Source: Candidatus Multivorans sp. (GTDB lineage: Bacteria > Acidobacteriota > Thermoanaerobaculia > Multivoradales > Multivoraceae). Taken from it: a DNA stretch of 64,000 nt. This document shows positions 44,697 through 54,772 of this stretch, one piece after another. Numbering within the stretch: the stretch's first letter is position 1; every line of letters starts with the position of its first letter. The position numbers were made by a program, and so were the translations under genes. Location: assembly GCA_965203495.1 (NCBI GenBank), contig CBDBDB010000017.1, positions 91,674-155,673 on the forward strand. Direction: 5' to 3'. The notes beneath the pieces are model-generated. The model was not told the origin of the DNA. It saw only the letters and a list, made by a program, of their open reading frames with translations, and did not search any database.

Positions 44697-45889
44697 GCGC
44701 GCGGCGGCTGGCGGTCCTCGGCGCCACCGGCTCGGTCGGCGAGGCGGCTCTGGCCGTGGCCCGCCGACACCCGGAGAAGCTCCAGGTGTGCGTGCTGGCC
44801 GCGCGGGGCGCCAAGCCTGGACGGCTGGCGGAGCTGGCTTTCGAGTTCCGGCCTCGCCGAACGGTCGTCGAGACGGAAGAGGCGGCGGAGCGCCTGCGCG
44901 CCGACCTGCCTCCGGGCACGGACATCGGTTGGGGCGAAACCGCCCTGGTCGACGCGGTCGGCGGCGGCCAGGTCGACCTCGTCCTGGCGGCGATGGTCGG
45001 CGCGGCCGGTCTCAAGCCCGCCGCGGCGGCCCTTGCCGCCGGCGCCGACCTGGCGCTGGCGAACAAGGAGGCGATGGTCGCCGCCGGACCTCTGCTGCGC
45101 CGACTCGCGGCCGCCTCGGACGCGAACATCCTGCCGGTCGACAGCGAGCACGCCGCAATCCACCAGGCACTGCGCGCGGGTCGGCGGCGGGAGGTCGAAC
45201 GCCTCGTGCTGACCGCCTCGGGCGGCCCGTTCCTCGACCGCGACCCCGCGACCCTGGACACGGTCACGCCGGCCGAGGCCACGGCGCATCCGACCTGGAA
45301 CATGGGGGCCAAGATCAGCGTCGACTCCGCGACGCTGATGAACAAGGGACTGGAACTGATCGAGGCGAGCTACCTGTTCGACGTCCCGGGCTCCCGGATC
45401 GACATCCTGATCCACCCGCAGTCCCTGGTGCACTCGATCGTCGAGTTCCGGGACGGCAACTCGATCGCCCACATCTCGGCGAACGACATGGAGTACCCGA
45501 TCCGGTACGCCCTGGCGCATCCGGAACGCTGGCCGCGGCCGGACGACGGCGCCGCCAACGGACTGAGCGCCCTGCTGGAGGCGGCCTCCGACCTCGGATT
45601 CAGAAAGATCGACCCGGAGGCGTTCCCGGCGCCGTCCCTGGCGCGCGAGGCGCTCGTCCGGGGAAACGGCGCGCCGGCGGCGCTCAACGCGGCGAACGAA
45701 ACCGCGGTGGCGGCGTTCCTGGCCGGCGCCGCGCCCTTCGCCGCCATCGTGCCGACGGTGGCGGACGTGCTCGACGTTCATGGCCAGGAGGTCGGCGGCG
45801 GGGAGCCGGCAACGATCGACGAAGCCCTGGAGTGGGACTCCTGGGGCCGCCGCCGCGCACGGGAAGTCCTCGCCCGGTTTCCCGGTTAG
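44693..45889 (+). CDS. dxr: 1-deoxy-D-xylulose-5-phosphate reductoisomerase
   Basis: LGATGSVG, LANKE, PVDSEH, HPTWNMGAKISVDSATLMNKGLE. Confidence 0.96.
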   Translation: MSARRLAVLGATGSVGEAALAVARRHPEKLQVCVLAARGAKPGRLAELAFEFRPRRTVVETEEAAERLRADLPPGTDIGWGETALVDAVGGGQVDLVLAAMVGAAGLKPAAAALAAGADLALANKEAMVAAGPLLRRLAAASDANILPVDSEHAAIHQALRAGRRREVERLVLTASGGPFLDRDPATLDTVTPAEATAHPTWNMGAKISVDSATLMNKGLELIEASYLFDVPGSRIDILIHPQSLVHSIVEFRDGNSIAHISANDMEYPIRYALAHPERWPRPDDGAANGLSALLEAASDLGFRKIDPEAFPAPSLAREALVRGNGAPAALNAANETAVAAFLAGAAPFAAIVPTVADVLDVHGQEVGGGEPATIDEALEWDSWGRRRAREVLARFPG

Positions 45890-45927
45890 CTACCATCCAC
45901 GGAGAAGCGCGACCGCCCTGACGCACG

Positions 45928-47238
45928 ATGACCTTCCTGAGCAACACCCTGGCCTTCCTGGTCGTGATCGGAGTCATCATCTTCGTCCACGAACTGGGGC
46001 ACTTCCTGGCCGCGAGGCTGTTCCGGATCAGGGTCCGGGTCTTCTCCGTCGGCATCGGCGCCCGTCTCTGGGGTTTCGAGCGCGGCGGCACGGAGTACCG
46101 GCTGGCGATGATTCCGCTCGGCGGCTATGTCGCTTTCTCTGGAATCGACGCCTCGAACCCGACGGGCGACGCCGGCGACTTCATCGCCAAGCCGCGCTGG
46201 CAGCGAATGATCGTGCTCCTGGCCGGCCCGGCGGCCAACGTCGCGCTCTCGATCGTCCTGCTCGCGACGGTGCTGATGGCCGGGACCGAGCTCGCCGGAC
46301 CGCGGGATCTGAGCACCGAGATCGGCCGCGTGGCGGCCGACTCGGCCGCGGCGGAGGCCGGTCTCCTGCCGGGCGACGTCATCCTGCGCCTGGACGGCGA
46401 GAACGTGTCCGACTGGCGGGAGGTTTCGAACACGGTCCTGATGTCGCCGGAACGCCGGCTCGAGATCGACTTCGAGCGCGACGGCGAAGCCCTGAGCGCC
46501 GTGCTCGTCCCTCGCCGGATGCCGCGGTACGATCTGGGGGACGCGGGACTGTACGCCAGCCTCCTGCCGCGGGTTCGCCAGGTGTTCGAGGACACTCCCG
46601 CCGAGCAGGCCGGCCTGCGCTACGGGGACACGCTGTACGCCGTCGACGGCCATCCCGTCGCGGACGCGGACGACTTCCGCCGGCTCGTCGAGCCGCGCGC
46701 GGGCGAAGAGGTCAGCGTCGAGATCGGCCGCGGCGGCGACCGGCTGGTCCTGCGGTTCGTGCCGGCGAACGAGGCCGGGGTCGGCCGGGCCGGCATCGCG
46801 ATCGGCCACTTCTCCTGGCGGCGCGTCGGGCCGGTCAGGGCGGTCGCGGAGAGCGCGCGGATCAACTGGGAGACGACGACCGAGATCTTCGGCTTTCTGG
46901 GCGGCCTGGTCGAGCGTCGCGTATCGCCGCGGAGCGCGCTGGCCGGTCCGATCGAGATCAGCCGGATCAGCGGTCAGGCGGCCCGCAGGAGCTTCGGCGA
47001 CCTGGCGTTCCTGATCGCCCTGATCAGCCTGAACATCTGCATCCTGAACCTGCTGCCGATCCCGATCCTCGACGGCGGCCAGCTCGTCATCCTGCTGATC
47101 GAGAGCGCCCTGCGGCGTGACCTCTCGCTCCAGATCAAGAACCTGGTCGCCCAGTTCGGCCTCGCGGCGGTCGTCGCCATCATGCTGTTCGCGATCTACT
47201 TCGACCTGGTGAAGAACCTTCCCGGCCTCGGGCGCTGA
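45928..47238 (+). CDS. rseP: RIP metalloprotease with two PDZ domains
   Basis: HELGH, IPLGGYV, AGPAAN, NLLPIPILDGG. Confidence 0.95.
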   Translation: MTFLSNTLAFLVVIGVIIFVHELGHFLAARLFRIRVRVFSVGIGARLWGFERGGTEYRLAMIPLGGYVAFSGIDASNPTGDAGDFIAKPRWQRMIVLLAGPAANVALSIVLLATVLMAGTELAGPRDLSTEIGRVAADSAAAEAGLLPGDVILRLDGENVSDWREVSNTVLMSPERRLEIDFERDGEALSAVLVPRRMPRYDLGDAGLYASLLPRVRQVFEDTPAEQAGLRYGDTLYAVDGHPVADADDFRRLVEPRAGEEVSVEIGRGGDRLVLRFVPANEAGVGRAGIAIGHFSWRRVGPVRAVAESARINWETTTEIFGFLGGLVERRVSPRSALAGPIEISRISGQAARRSFGDLAFLIALISLNICILNLLPIPILDGGQLVILLIESALRRDLSLQIKNLVAQFGLAAVVAIMLFAIYFDLVKNLPGLGR

Positions 47239-47254
47239 AGGCGGTTCGACAACG

Positions 47255-48031
47255 ATGGCCGGCAAGCTCACGGAATGGGTTGGAAAGGCGACACGCCACC
47301 CCTGGCTCAAGCGAAGCGTCTTCTTCGCGGCCTACGGGGGCCTGCTGGTCGTCCTGCTGGGCGCATCCTCCTACCTGGCGCTCTCGAACTTCGTCCGCGG
47401 CGGCGTCATCGCCGTACCCGACCTCGTCGGCCTCGATCGAAGCCAGGCCGAAGCCGGCCTCGCCGCCGCGGGTCTGGCATTGCGGCGGGTGGAAGACGAT
47501 CGCCACGACAAGGCGGTCCCGGCTGGCCGCGTGCTCCGGCAGGACCCTCCCGCCGGCAGCGCGGTCAAGGAAGGCAGCGGCGTGGTCGTCTACCTGTCGC
47601 GGGGCAGGGCGCTCGTCGAGACGCCGGACCTGAGCGGCCAGGTTCTGCAGACGGCCCAGGTGAGTCTGACGGCCTCGGGGCTGCGGCTGGGCAGGAGTCG
47701 GAGCGTGTTCGCCGACACCGGCGAGCCGGGCGCCGTCGTTCGTCAGAATCCTCCCGCGGGAAGCCTGATCGACCCTTCGTCCCAGGTGGACTTGATGGTC
47801 AGCCTGGCCAACCCCGGGGCGATGTACGTCATGCCGGACCTGATCGACCTGCCCGAAGACCCGGTCCGCGACGTCTTCGAGACGCGCGGATTCCGATTCG
47901 GAAGAGTAAAGTACGAACCCTACGAAGGCGTCCCAGCCGGGATCATCCTGCGTCAGTACCCGCTTCCGGGCCACCCGCTGCGGCGGAGCGATTCGATCGC
48001 CCTCGTGGTAGCCGCGCAGGACCATCGCTGA
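47255..48031 (+). CDS. PASTA-domain membrane protein
   Basis: TM plus three VPDL.G...Q.P..G repeats. Confidence 0.88.
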   Translation: MAGKLTEWVGKATRHPWLKRSVFFAAYGGLLVVLLGASSYLALSNFVRGGVIAVPDLVGLDRSQAEAGLAAAGLALRRVEDDRHDKAVPAGRVLRQDPPAGSAVKEGSGVVVYLSRGRALVETPDLSGQVLQTAQVSLTASGLRLGRSRSVFADTGEPGAVVRQNPPAGSLIDPSSQVDLMVSLANPGAMYVMPDLIDLPEDPVRDVFETRGFRFGRVKYEPYEGVPAGIILRQYPLPGHPLRRSDSIALVVAAQDHR

Positions 48032-48080
48032 ACCCGCCCCAGTCCGCCCGCAAGCACGGTCGCCCGCAAGAACCTGAACG

Positions 48081-48734
48081 ATGAAGATCGCGCCTTCGAT
48101 CCTGGCGGCGGACCTTGCCGACCTCGCCTCCGCGGCGAAACTCTGCGAGGACGGCGGGGCGCAGCTCATCCACCTCGACGTGATGGACGGCCACTTCGTG
48201 CCCAACCTGACCTTCGGCCCGCCGGTGATCGTCGATCTGGCCAGGCGAACCCAGGTCGGCCTCGACATCCACCTGATGGTCTCGAACCCGGAAGCGCTGC
48301 TCGACCGGTATCTGGACAGCGAGCCGGCCTGGGTGTCGATTCACCACGAGGCGACGAAGGCGCCGGCACGGCTTGCGGCGAGAATCCGCGAGCGCGGCGC
48401 CGGCGCCGGCCTGGCGATCAACCCGGCGACGCCGCTGGACGAACTCCTGCCCTGCCTGGAGCAGGTCGACTTCGTGCTGCTGATGTCGGTCGTGCCCGGT
48501 TTCGCCGGCCAGGCCTTCCGTCCGGAAGCGCTGGAGAAGGCCCGGCGCCTCCGCGCCCTGGTCGACGAACGGGAGCTGCCGGTGAGCATCGAGATGGACG
48601 GCGGCATCAAGCCCGGCAACCTGGACGAGGTGGCGGCCGCCGGCGTCGACGTCGCCGTCGTGGGTTCCGGCGTCTTCGCCGCGGACCGGCCGGTCGAGAC
48701 CCTTGTCACCCTCCGGCGGCAGGCGGGCGAATGA
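48081..48734 (+). CDS. rpe: Ribulose-phosphate 3-epimerase
   Basis: IAPSIL, HLDVMDGHFVPNLTFG, DIHLMV, DGG. Confidence 0.96.
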   Translation: MKIAPSILAADLADLASAAKLCEDGGAQLIHLDVMDGHFVPNLTFGPPVIVDLARRTQVGLDIHLMVSNPEALLDRYLDSEPAWVSIHHEATKAPARLAARIRERGAGAGLAINPATPLDELLPCLEQVDFVLLMSVVPGFAGQAFRPEALEKARRLRALVDERELPVSIEMDGGIKPGNLDEVAAAGVDVAVVGSGVFAADRPVETLVTLRRQAGE

Positions 48735-49606
48735 CCCGTCACGGCACGCGCGTCCTGCTGGCGGCCGCGCTGGGCCTGGTCGTCGGATGCGGGGGGGTCA
48801 AGGACGACCCCATCCTGCGACTCTCGTCGGCGGAGGCCCTGGAGATCGGCAAGCAACTGCTGGAGGACGAGAAGTTCACGCAAGCGCGCCAGCATCTCGT
48901 CCACGCCTTCGAGGTCGAGCCGAACTCCGAGACCGGCCGTGAAGGGCTGCTGCTGGCCGCGGACGCCCTGTTCCTGCGCGGCGGCTACCAGTCTTACGTC
49001 GAGGCCGAACAGCGCTATCGGGACTTCCTGAACCGGTTTCCGACCTCCGACCAGGCGGCCTACGCCCAGTTTCGTCTCGCGGCTTCGCTCGCCGAACGAA
49101 TGGAGAAGCCGGACCGCGATCAACAGACGACCCGGCTGGCGCTCACCGAGTTCGAGAACGTCCGCCGGCTGTACCCGACCAGCGAGTTCGGGGAACAGGC
49201 GGCCGAGCGAATCGTCGAGGTACGCAACCACCTCGCGGAGCACGAGTTCGTCGTCGGCGCCTTCTACTACCGCTTCCGCACTCCCACCGCCGCCGGCGAC
49301 CGCTTCAGGGAGATACTCGAGCAGTACCCGGACTACTCGGCGCCCGACAAGATCCTCGCCCACATGTGCCTCGCGTATCGCCTCTTCCTCCGGCAGGACC
49401 CGAACGAGTCGGAGCTTGAACCCCACGAGTATCTCCACGAGGCCTGCGATCGACTGCGGAACGAGTTTCCGGACAGTCCGTGGCTCAAGAAGGCGCCTTC
49501 GGAGGAGCAGCTCCGCAAGCTCCGAAACAAGCTGCCGGCCGTGTCCGGCCGGACGGACGGGAATCCACGAGACGATTCGTCCACGGAAAGGAACGCGGAC
49601 AGGTGA
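48731..49606 (+). CDS. bamD: Outer-membrane protein assembly lipoprotein BamD
   Basis: Lipobox LVVGC; FLNRFPTS, RDQ, LAEHEFVVGAFY. Confidence 0.88.
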   Translation: MTRHGTRVLLAAALGLVVGCGGVKDDPILRLSSAEALEIGKQLLEDEKFTQARQHLVHAFEVEPNSETGREGLLLAADALFLRGGYQSYVEAEQRYRDFLNRFPTSDQAAYAQFRLAASLAERMEKPDRDQQTTRLALTEFENVRRLYPTSEFGEQAAERIVEVRNHLAEHEFVVGAFYYRFRTPTAAGDRFREILEQYPDYSAPDKILAHMCLAYRLFLRQDPNESELEPHEYLHEACDRLRNEFPDSPWLKKAPSEEQLRKLRNKLPAVSGRTDGNPRDDSSTERNADR

Positions 49607-49732
49607 CGCGGCCTCGTCAGCGCTGACGCGTTTCGCCGGGCAGACCGGCGGCCGAGTCCGCGATCAGGCCGTCTGAAGGCCCCGGAACGTCCGAAACTGT
49701 GCTAACATTGGCGTTTCGGCATGTGACTCGCG

Positions 49733-50026
49733 TTGAAGCCACTCAGCCTAGATGACCGCTCTCCGGACGGTGCGACCGAGGATCTCAACGGCCAGCTTGA
49801 TCGCCTGGTGAACCAGTTGGTTGACCGGGGCGTCACGCTGGCACAGGCCCGCGAGATCTTCGAGCGACAGTTCATTCTCGCTTCCTTGCGACTCAACCGC
49901 GGCAACATCACGAACTCGGCAAACGACTTGGGGCTTCATCGCAACACGCTGCGGAACAAGGTCGCCACGCTTCAGATACACGTCACCGACTACCGAGGCG
50001 CCAGCAAGAGGATTCAGTCGAGATAA
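49733..50026 (+). CDS. Fis-type HTH protein
   Basis: FERQFI..L..NRGNITNSANDLGLHRNTL. Confidence 0.8.
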   Translation: MKPLSLDDRSPDGATEDLNGQLDRLVNQLVDRGVTLAQAREIFERQFILASLRLNRGNITNSANDLGLHRNTLRNKVATLQIHVTDYRGASKRIQSR

Positions 50027-50252
50027 CGCCCCAAGCGCATCGCAGGCTCGCCGGCTCAACCGTCATCGAACCGGCATGCAGCTTGTTTCTCGCAACGTGG
50101 TCGGACGCTCTCACTGGCAGCGAGCGCCTGACGCCGTCAAGCAACGCAACCATCCGCCAGTCATTCCGCGGCGCCGATCCGGGTTCAAGCGGCCACTTCA
50201 GCCAACGAACTTCAGCCAACGAATCGCCGAGCGCCTTTCCAGTACGCATCCC

Positions 50253-50999
50253 GTGACCTTCCAGAAACTCAGTCTCCGGAACCGGGCGATGGCCGCGACC
50301 GTGGCCATGGCGGTCATTTTGGCCGCCGCGCCGCGCGAAACCGCACCCGGCCGGGACATGGCGCCGGCGCCGATGTCGCCTCCTCTGGAGGACGTCCTGC
50401 TCTTCGAGCGCATCCGGGCGTGGCTTGAACCCTCGGCCGAAGCGGCCTCGAAGTACCTGGGAGAGGGGCCGCTGTACGACCGCGTTCGGTCGCGCCGGGA
50501 GAGCTTCGAACTGTTCGTCGGCGCCGCCGACGAAGACGCGGTCCGAGACCGGATGCAGAGCGTTCCGTACGGCGGCCTGATCCTCGGCGCCGCCAGCCGG
50601 CACGGCGTCGACCCGCTCCTCGTGGCGGCCATCGTCCAGGCCGAATCCTCGTTCGACACGGAGGCCGTCTCGCCGCGGGGCGCGCTCGGTCTGATGCAGA
50701 TGATGCCGTCGACCGCCGAGCAGTTGGGAGTCGCCGACGCCTACGACCCCAGCCAGAACCTCCACGCGGGCGTGAGCTACCTAGCCTACCTGCTGCGCCG
50801 CTTCGACGACGACCTGGTCCTGGCGCTCGCGGGCTACAACGCGGGACCCGGCGCCGTCGACCGTTTCAGCGGTCTGCCCCCCTTCCGCGAGACGCGCGGA
50901 TTCGCCAACACCGTGCTCCGCGTCTACATCGCGCACCACCGTGCGGCCTGGGCCGCCGTCAATCCGGACGGGCTCGACTTCGCGGTGCTCGCGGGCTAG
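50253..50999 (+). CDS. Soluble lytic transglycosylase (SLT domain); start uncertain
   Basis: AESSF..AVSPRGALGLMQMMP, AGYNAG, FRET. Confidence 0.85.
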   Translation: MTFQKLSLRNRAMAATVAMAVILAAAPRETAPGRDMAPAPMSPPLEDVLLFERIRAWLEPSAEAASKYLGEGPLYDRVRSRRESFELFVGAADEDAVRDRMQSVPYGGLILGAASRHGVDPLLVAAIVQAESSFDTEAVSPRGALGLMQMMPSTAEQLGVADAYDPSQNLHAGVSYLAYLLRRFDDDLVLALAGYNAGPGAVDRFSGLPPFRETRGFANTVLRVYIAHHRAAWAAVNPDGLDFAVLAG

Positions 51000-51295
51000 C
51001 CCGCGGTGGACGCACGGCTTCGGGCCTTGCGCGTGGGGTCGATCCCGACGGATCGGAGGAAGGCGAGGTCGCGGCCGTTGATCCTGAAGGGCGGGGCCGG
51101 CGGAGGCGGTTTCTTCCCGTCCTCCGTCTCGGCTTCGTCGTCGCTCTCGAACGGCTTGCAGTCCAGGAACAGATTCAGCGTGTAGCCTTCCCGCCGAATC
51201 GATTCGAGCCGGTCGTGGACTTCAGGCGATTCCGCAATCGCCTCGCACAGGGAGCGGGCGAGATCGTCGAGCAACTGCTTGAGCCGGGGTTCCAT
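50996..51295 (-). CDS. Conserved-looking hypothetical protein
   Basis: Compact ORF with GC3-biased codons; DLAFLRSVGIDPTR motif. Confidence 0.7.
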   Translation of the reverse strand: MEPRLKQLLDDLARSLCEAIAESPEVHDRLESIRREGYTLNLFLDCKPFESDDEAETEDGKKPPPPAPPFRINGRDLAFLRSVGIDPTRKARSRASTAG

Positions 51296-52373
51296 GGCGC
51301 CAAGAGCATTATCCCAGACGGAACGTCCAAGCGACAGCAGGGGTTCGTCACCGCGCGACCGCGAGCTCTGGGGGCCGATCGTCGAAGAGCTTGGCGCCGC
51401 CGGGTTCGCGCCCGTATCGTTCGAACCGTTGGTCGGCGACGTTTCGGCGCGGCGCTACGCGCGGCTGCGCCTCGAAGGCGGCGAGCGGTTCGTCGTCTGC
51501 GCCTACCCGGACGAGATGGCCGACGCGGCGCCGCGGTTTCTGGCCGCAACGCGGCTGCTGCACTCGGTCGGCGTACCGCTGCCAGGAGTCGAACGGCACT
51601 CGGTCGGCGAACCGGCGTGGATCCTCCTGGAGGATCTGGGACCGCGGACAATCTTCGACCAGTGGGTTGGCGGCGGTCTGAGTCCGGCGACGCTTGATCG
51701 CCTCCTGGCCGAGGCGGTGACTCACATCGGGCGAATCCAGCTCCTGTCTCCCGACAGCGTCGGCGCTCTGGGCTCTCCGCCGCTCGACCGGAACCTGCTG
51801 ATGGCGGAACTCGATCTGACCTGGAAGCGTTTCCTCGAGCCGCGCGGGCTGGTGCGAGACGCGACCCTGGCTGAGCGCCTGCGCGCTCTGTGCCGCGCCG
51901 TGTGCGAGCGTCTTGGCTCGGCGACGCCGGTTCCCTGTCATCGTGACTTCATGGTTCGCAACCTGATGCTGCGGGCATCGGCCCAGGAGGGGGCCGACCC
52001 GGAGGTCGTCGTGATCGATCATCAGGACCTCCGCCCGGGACCGCCGCACTACGACCTGGCCTCGCTGCTGAACGACAGCCTGACCCTCTCCGTCGACCGC
52101 CGGCGGGGCCATCTGGCGGTCTTGGGAGAAGACGTCGAAGAGTCCGCCCTGTACCACGCCGCGGCGGCACAGCGGATGCTCAAGATCGCCGGCACGTTCG
52201 CGCACTGCGCCGCGCTCGGCAACGACCGGCGCCTGCCGTTGATCCGGCCCGCCCTGCGGCGGTTCTTCGATGCGCTGGACGCCCTTCCCGAGGGCCGTGA
52301 ACTCGCTCCCCGGCTGCGCCGGGAGTGGGCGGCGTTCCTCAGGGCCGCGCCGGCCGCCGGTCGCGCCAGATGA
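51294..52373 (+). CDS. APH-family phosphotransferase (AmgK-like sugar kinase)
   Basis: GDVSARRYAR, LLEDLG, CHRDFMVRNLM, IDHQD, YDLASLL. Confidence 0.82.
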   Translation: MAPRALSQTERPSDSRGSSPRDRELWGPIVEELGAAGFAPVSFEPLVGDVSARRYARLRLEGGERFVVCAYPDEMADAAPRFLAATRLLHSVGVPLPGVERHSVGEPAWILLEDLGPRTIFDQWVGGGLSPATLDRLLAEAVTHIGRIQLLSPDSVGALGSPPLDRNLLMAELDLTWKRFLEPRGLVRDATLAERLRALCRAVCERLGSATPVPCHRDFMVRNLMLRASAQEGADPEVVVIDHQDLRPGPPHYDLASLLNDSLTLSVDRRRGHLAVLGEDVEESALYHAAAAQRMLKIAGTFAHCAALGNDRRLPLIRPALRRFFDALDALPEGRELAPRLRREWAAFLRAAPAAGRAR

Positions 52374-53067
52374 ACCCGAAGTTGCGGCCCGCCCGGACGC
52401 CGTCTCGACGGTAGCTCCACCAGCCCGGGCTGCAGCGCACGCAACGTCGCACCGTGGAGACCTGCCGGACACCCAGGTCGGCAAGCTGCCGCGACGCCGC
52501 CAGCGGCAGGTCGAGGCGCGGCTTCCGGCCAGGTCGCCGAACGACCGCCTCGGCGCAGCTCCGGGCCTCCACCTGGACCGCCACGTCTTCGCCGACCTCA
52601 TAGCAACAGGGGCCGATCGCCGGACCGATCCAGGCTTCGGCCAACGTCCCGTCGCGGAACGAATCACGGCTCAGCTCGTGGACGGCCGAAGCCAGGACGC
52701 CCCTCGCGAGACCACGCCAACCGGCGTGGACCGCAGCCACCGAGTCGCCGGCCGCAATCAGCACGGGAACACAGTCGGCGACGAAGACCGTCGCCGCAAT
52801 TCCGGGCGCCGACACGATCAGCGCATCCCCTTCGCCGGTCGGTCCAGGCCTCGTCGCTCTCAGCGCGTCGGCGCCGTGCCGCTGGCGTAGCCAGGCCGGA
52901 GCTACCGACGCCGCCGCGGCCGCCTGATCCGCTAGAACGCCGAGCGCGTCCTCCGGCCCGGCTTCTCCCCCGTGCGGCGTCACGCCGAGAAAGGCGGCCC
53001 ACACCCGCTGGCGGCGATAGATCGCGAGTGACGCGCCAGCAGCCCGTGGTGGAAGTGCGCGTCGCAC
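52339..53067 (-). CDS. PgeF/YfiH laccase-domain protein (start uncertain)
   Basis: QRHG, ADCVPV, HAGWRG, IGPAIGPCCYEVG, SYRR. Confidence 0.85.
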   Translation of the reverse strand: MRRALPPRAAGASLAIYRRQRVWAAFLGVTPHGGEAGPEDALGVLADQAAAAASVAPAWLRQRHGADALRATRPGPTGEGDALIVSAPGIAATVFVADCVPVLIAAGDSVAAVHAGWRGLARGVLASAVHELSRDSFRDGTLAEAWIGPAIGPCCYEVGEDVAVQVEARSCAEAVVRRPGRKPRLDLPLAASRQLADLGVRQVSTVRRCVRCSPGWWSYRRDGVRAGRNFGFIWRDRRPARP

Positions 53068-53200
53068 GGAGAGCGGTCAGGCGGCCGTCCGGCAAGGCGC
53101 GACGAGAGAGCAGTTCGGGCCAACTTCGACCGAGGAGCAACGATGCCGGGCGGGATGGTTGACCGCTCGAATGCAGCGCGACGTCCACCGCGGGCCGCCA
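53036..53200 (+). repeat. MITE-like repeat family B, full copy
   Basis: Terminal IR GCCCGTGGTGGA / TCCACCGCGGGC; internal GCAAGGCGCGACGAG..GACCGAGGAGCAACG. Confidence 0.8.
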
Positions 53201-53260
53201 AGCGACCCGATTCTCACCGGCGGAGGCCTGCTGTAGGATGCCCCGGCCATCGTGACGGCC

Positions 53261-54772
53261 ATGAGCGTAGCGCAGACCACGACCGGAACAGGCGCCGCCG
53301 GCGTTCTCGTCGACACGGGATGGGAAACGGTCATCGGACTGGAAGTCCACGTCCAGTTGCGCACGCGGACGAAGATGTTCTGCCGTTGCGAGAATCGCTT
53401 CGGCGCCGAACCGAACGAACTCGTCTGCCCGGTCTGTCTCGGCTATCCGGGCGCCCTGCCGACAACCAACCAGCGCGCGGTCGACCTGGCCATCCGGCTC
53501 GCGCTGGCCTTGGGCTGCGACGTCCGGCGACGGTCGGTGTTCGCACGCAAGAACTACTTCTATCCGGACCTGCCCAAGGGCTACCAGATCAGCCAGTACG
53601 AGGAGCCACTGGCCAAGGGAGGCGGCGTACCGCTGCCCTCGGGAAACACCGTGCGCATTCACCGGCTGCACCTGGAGGAGGACGCCGGCAAGCTGCTCCA
53701 CGAGGCGCCGGGAGGCGGACCGCTACCGGGCCGGAGCCTGGTCGATTTCAACCGCTGCGGAGTGCCTCTGGTGGAGATCGTCACCGAACCGGAGATCGGT
53801 TCGCCGGCCGACGCGCAGGCCTGGCTGCAGGCGCTCCACCAGGTCCTGCTCTACACCGGCGCCAGCGACGGCAACATGGAGGAGGGCAGCCTGCGCTGCG
53901 ATGCGAATCTCTCGCTTCGGCCGGTCGGCGAGGCCGCACTCGGCGTGAAGACGGAGGTCAAGAACCTGAACTCCTTCCGCCACGTGGCGAAAGCGCTCGA
54001 GTACGAGCGGGAACGTCAGCTGCACGTCCTCGCCTCCGGCCGTCGCGTGGAGCAGGAGACGCGGAGCTTCGAGCCCTCGACCGGCGTGACGCGGTCGCTC
54101 CGGTCAAAGGAGGAGGCCCACGACTACCGGTACTTTCCCGAGCCCGACCTGCCCACCGTCGTGCTCTCCGGCGAACGGATCCAACGGCACGCGAACGAGC
54201 TGCCGGAGCTGCCGTGGACGAAGAGCGCCCGGTTCCGCGACGCCTACGGGCTGCGCCCCGAAGAAGCGGCGCTGCTCTCCGGCAGCGTTGCCCTGGCCAC
54301 CTACTACGAACGAGCCGTCGCCGCCCACCCGACGGGCGCCAGGTCCATCGCCAACTGGGTCATGACGGAGCTTCTGCGCGAGTTGAAGGAACGGGCCATC
54401 GGCGTGGAACAGGCGATCGCGCCGGGACGCCTCGCCGCCGTCGTCGCTCTGGTGGACTCCGGCGAGCTGTCGACCACGGCCGCCAAGGACGTACTCGCCG
54501 CGACCTGGGATTCGGACGAAACCCCGGACCAGATCGTCGATCGGCTCGGCGTCCGCCAGGTCCGGGACGACGCCCGGCTCGAGGCCTGGGCCGACGAAGC
54601 GATCCGCGCCAACGGGAAGGCTGTCACCGAGTACCTGGGCGGCCGCCAACAGGCCCTCGGCTACCTGGTCGGCCAGATCATGAAGGCCTCCCGCGGCAGC
54701 GCGGAACCCCGCGCCGCCAGGAACATCCTGCGGCGCAAGCTGGCTGACGGCGGCACGGAAGCCGAGCTGTAG
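53261..54772 (+). CDS. gatB: Asp/Glu-tRNA amidotransferase subunit B
   Basis: VIGLEVHVQL, RKNYFYPDLPKGYQISQ, HLEEDAGK, DYRYFPEPDL. Confidence 0.97.
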   Translation: MSVAQTTTGTGAAGVLVDTGWETVIGLEVHVQLRTRTKMFCRCENRFGAEPNELVCPVCLGYPGALPTTNQRAVDLAIRLALALGCDVRRRSVFARKNYFYPDLPKGYQISQYEEPLAKGGGVPLPSGNTVRIHRLHLEEDAGKLLHEAPGGGPLPGRSLVDFNRCGVPLVEIVTEPEIGSPADAQAWLQALHQVLLYTGASDGNMEEGSLRCDANLSLRPVGEAALGVKTEVKNLNSFRHVAKALEYERERQLHVLASGRRVEQETRSFEPSTGVTRSLRSKEEAHDYRYFPEPDLPTVVLSGERIQRHANELPELPWTKSARFRDAYGLRPEEAALLSGSVALATYYERAVAAHPTGARSIANWVMTELLRELKERAIGVEQAIAPGRLAAVVALVDSGELSTTAAKDVLAATWDSDETPDQIVDRLGVRQVRDDARLEAWADEAIRANGKAVTEYLGGRQQALGYLVGQIMKASRGSAEPRAARNILRRKLADGGTEAEL

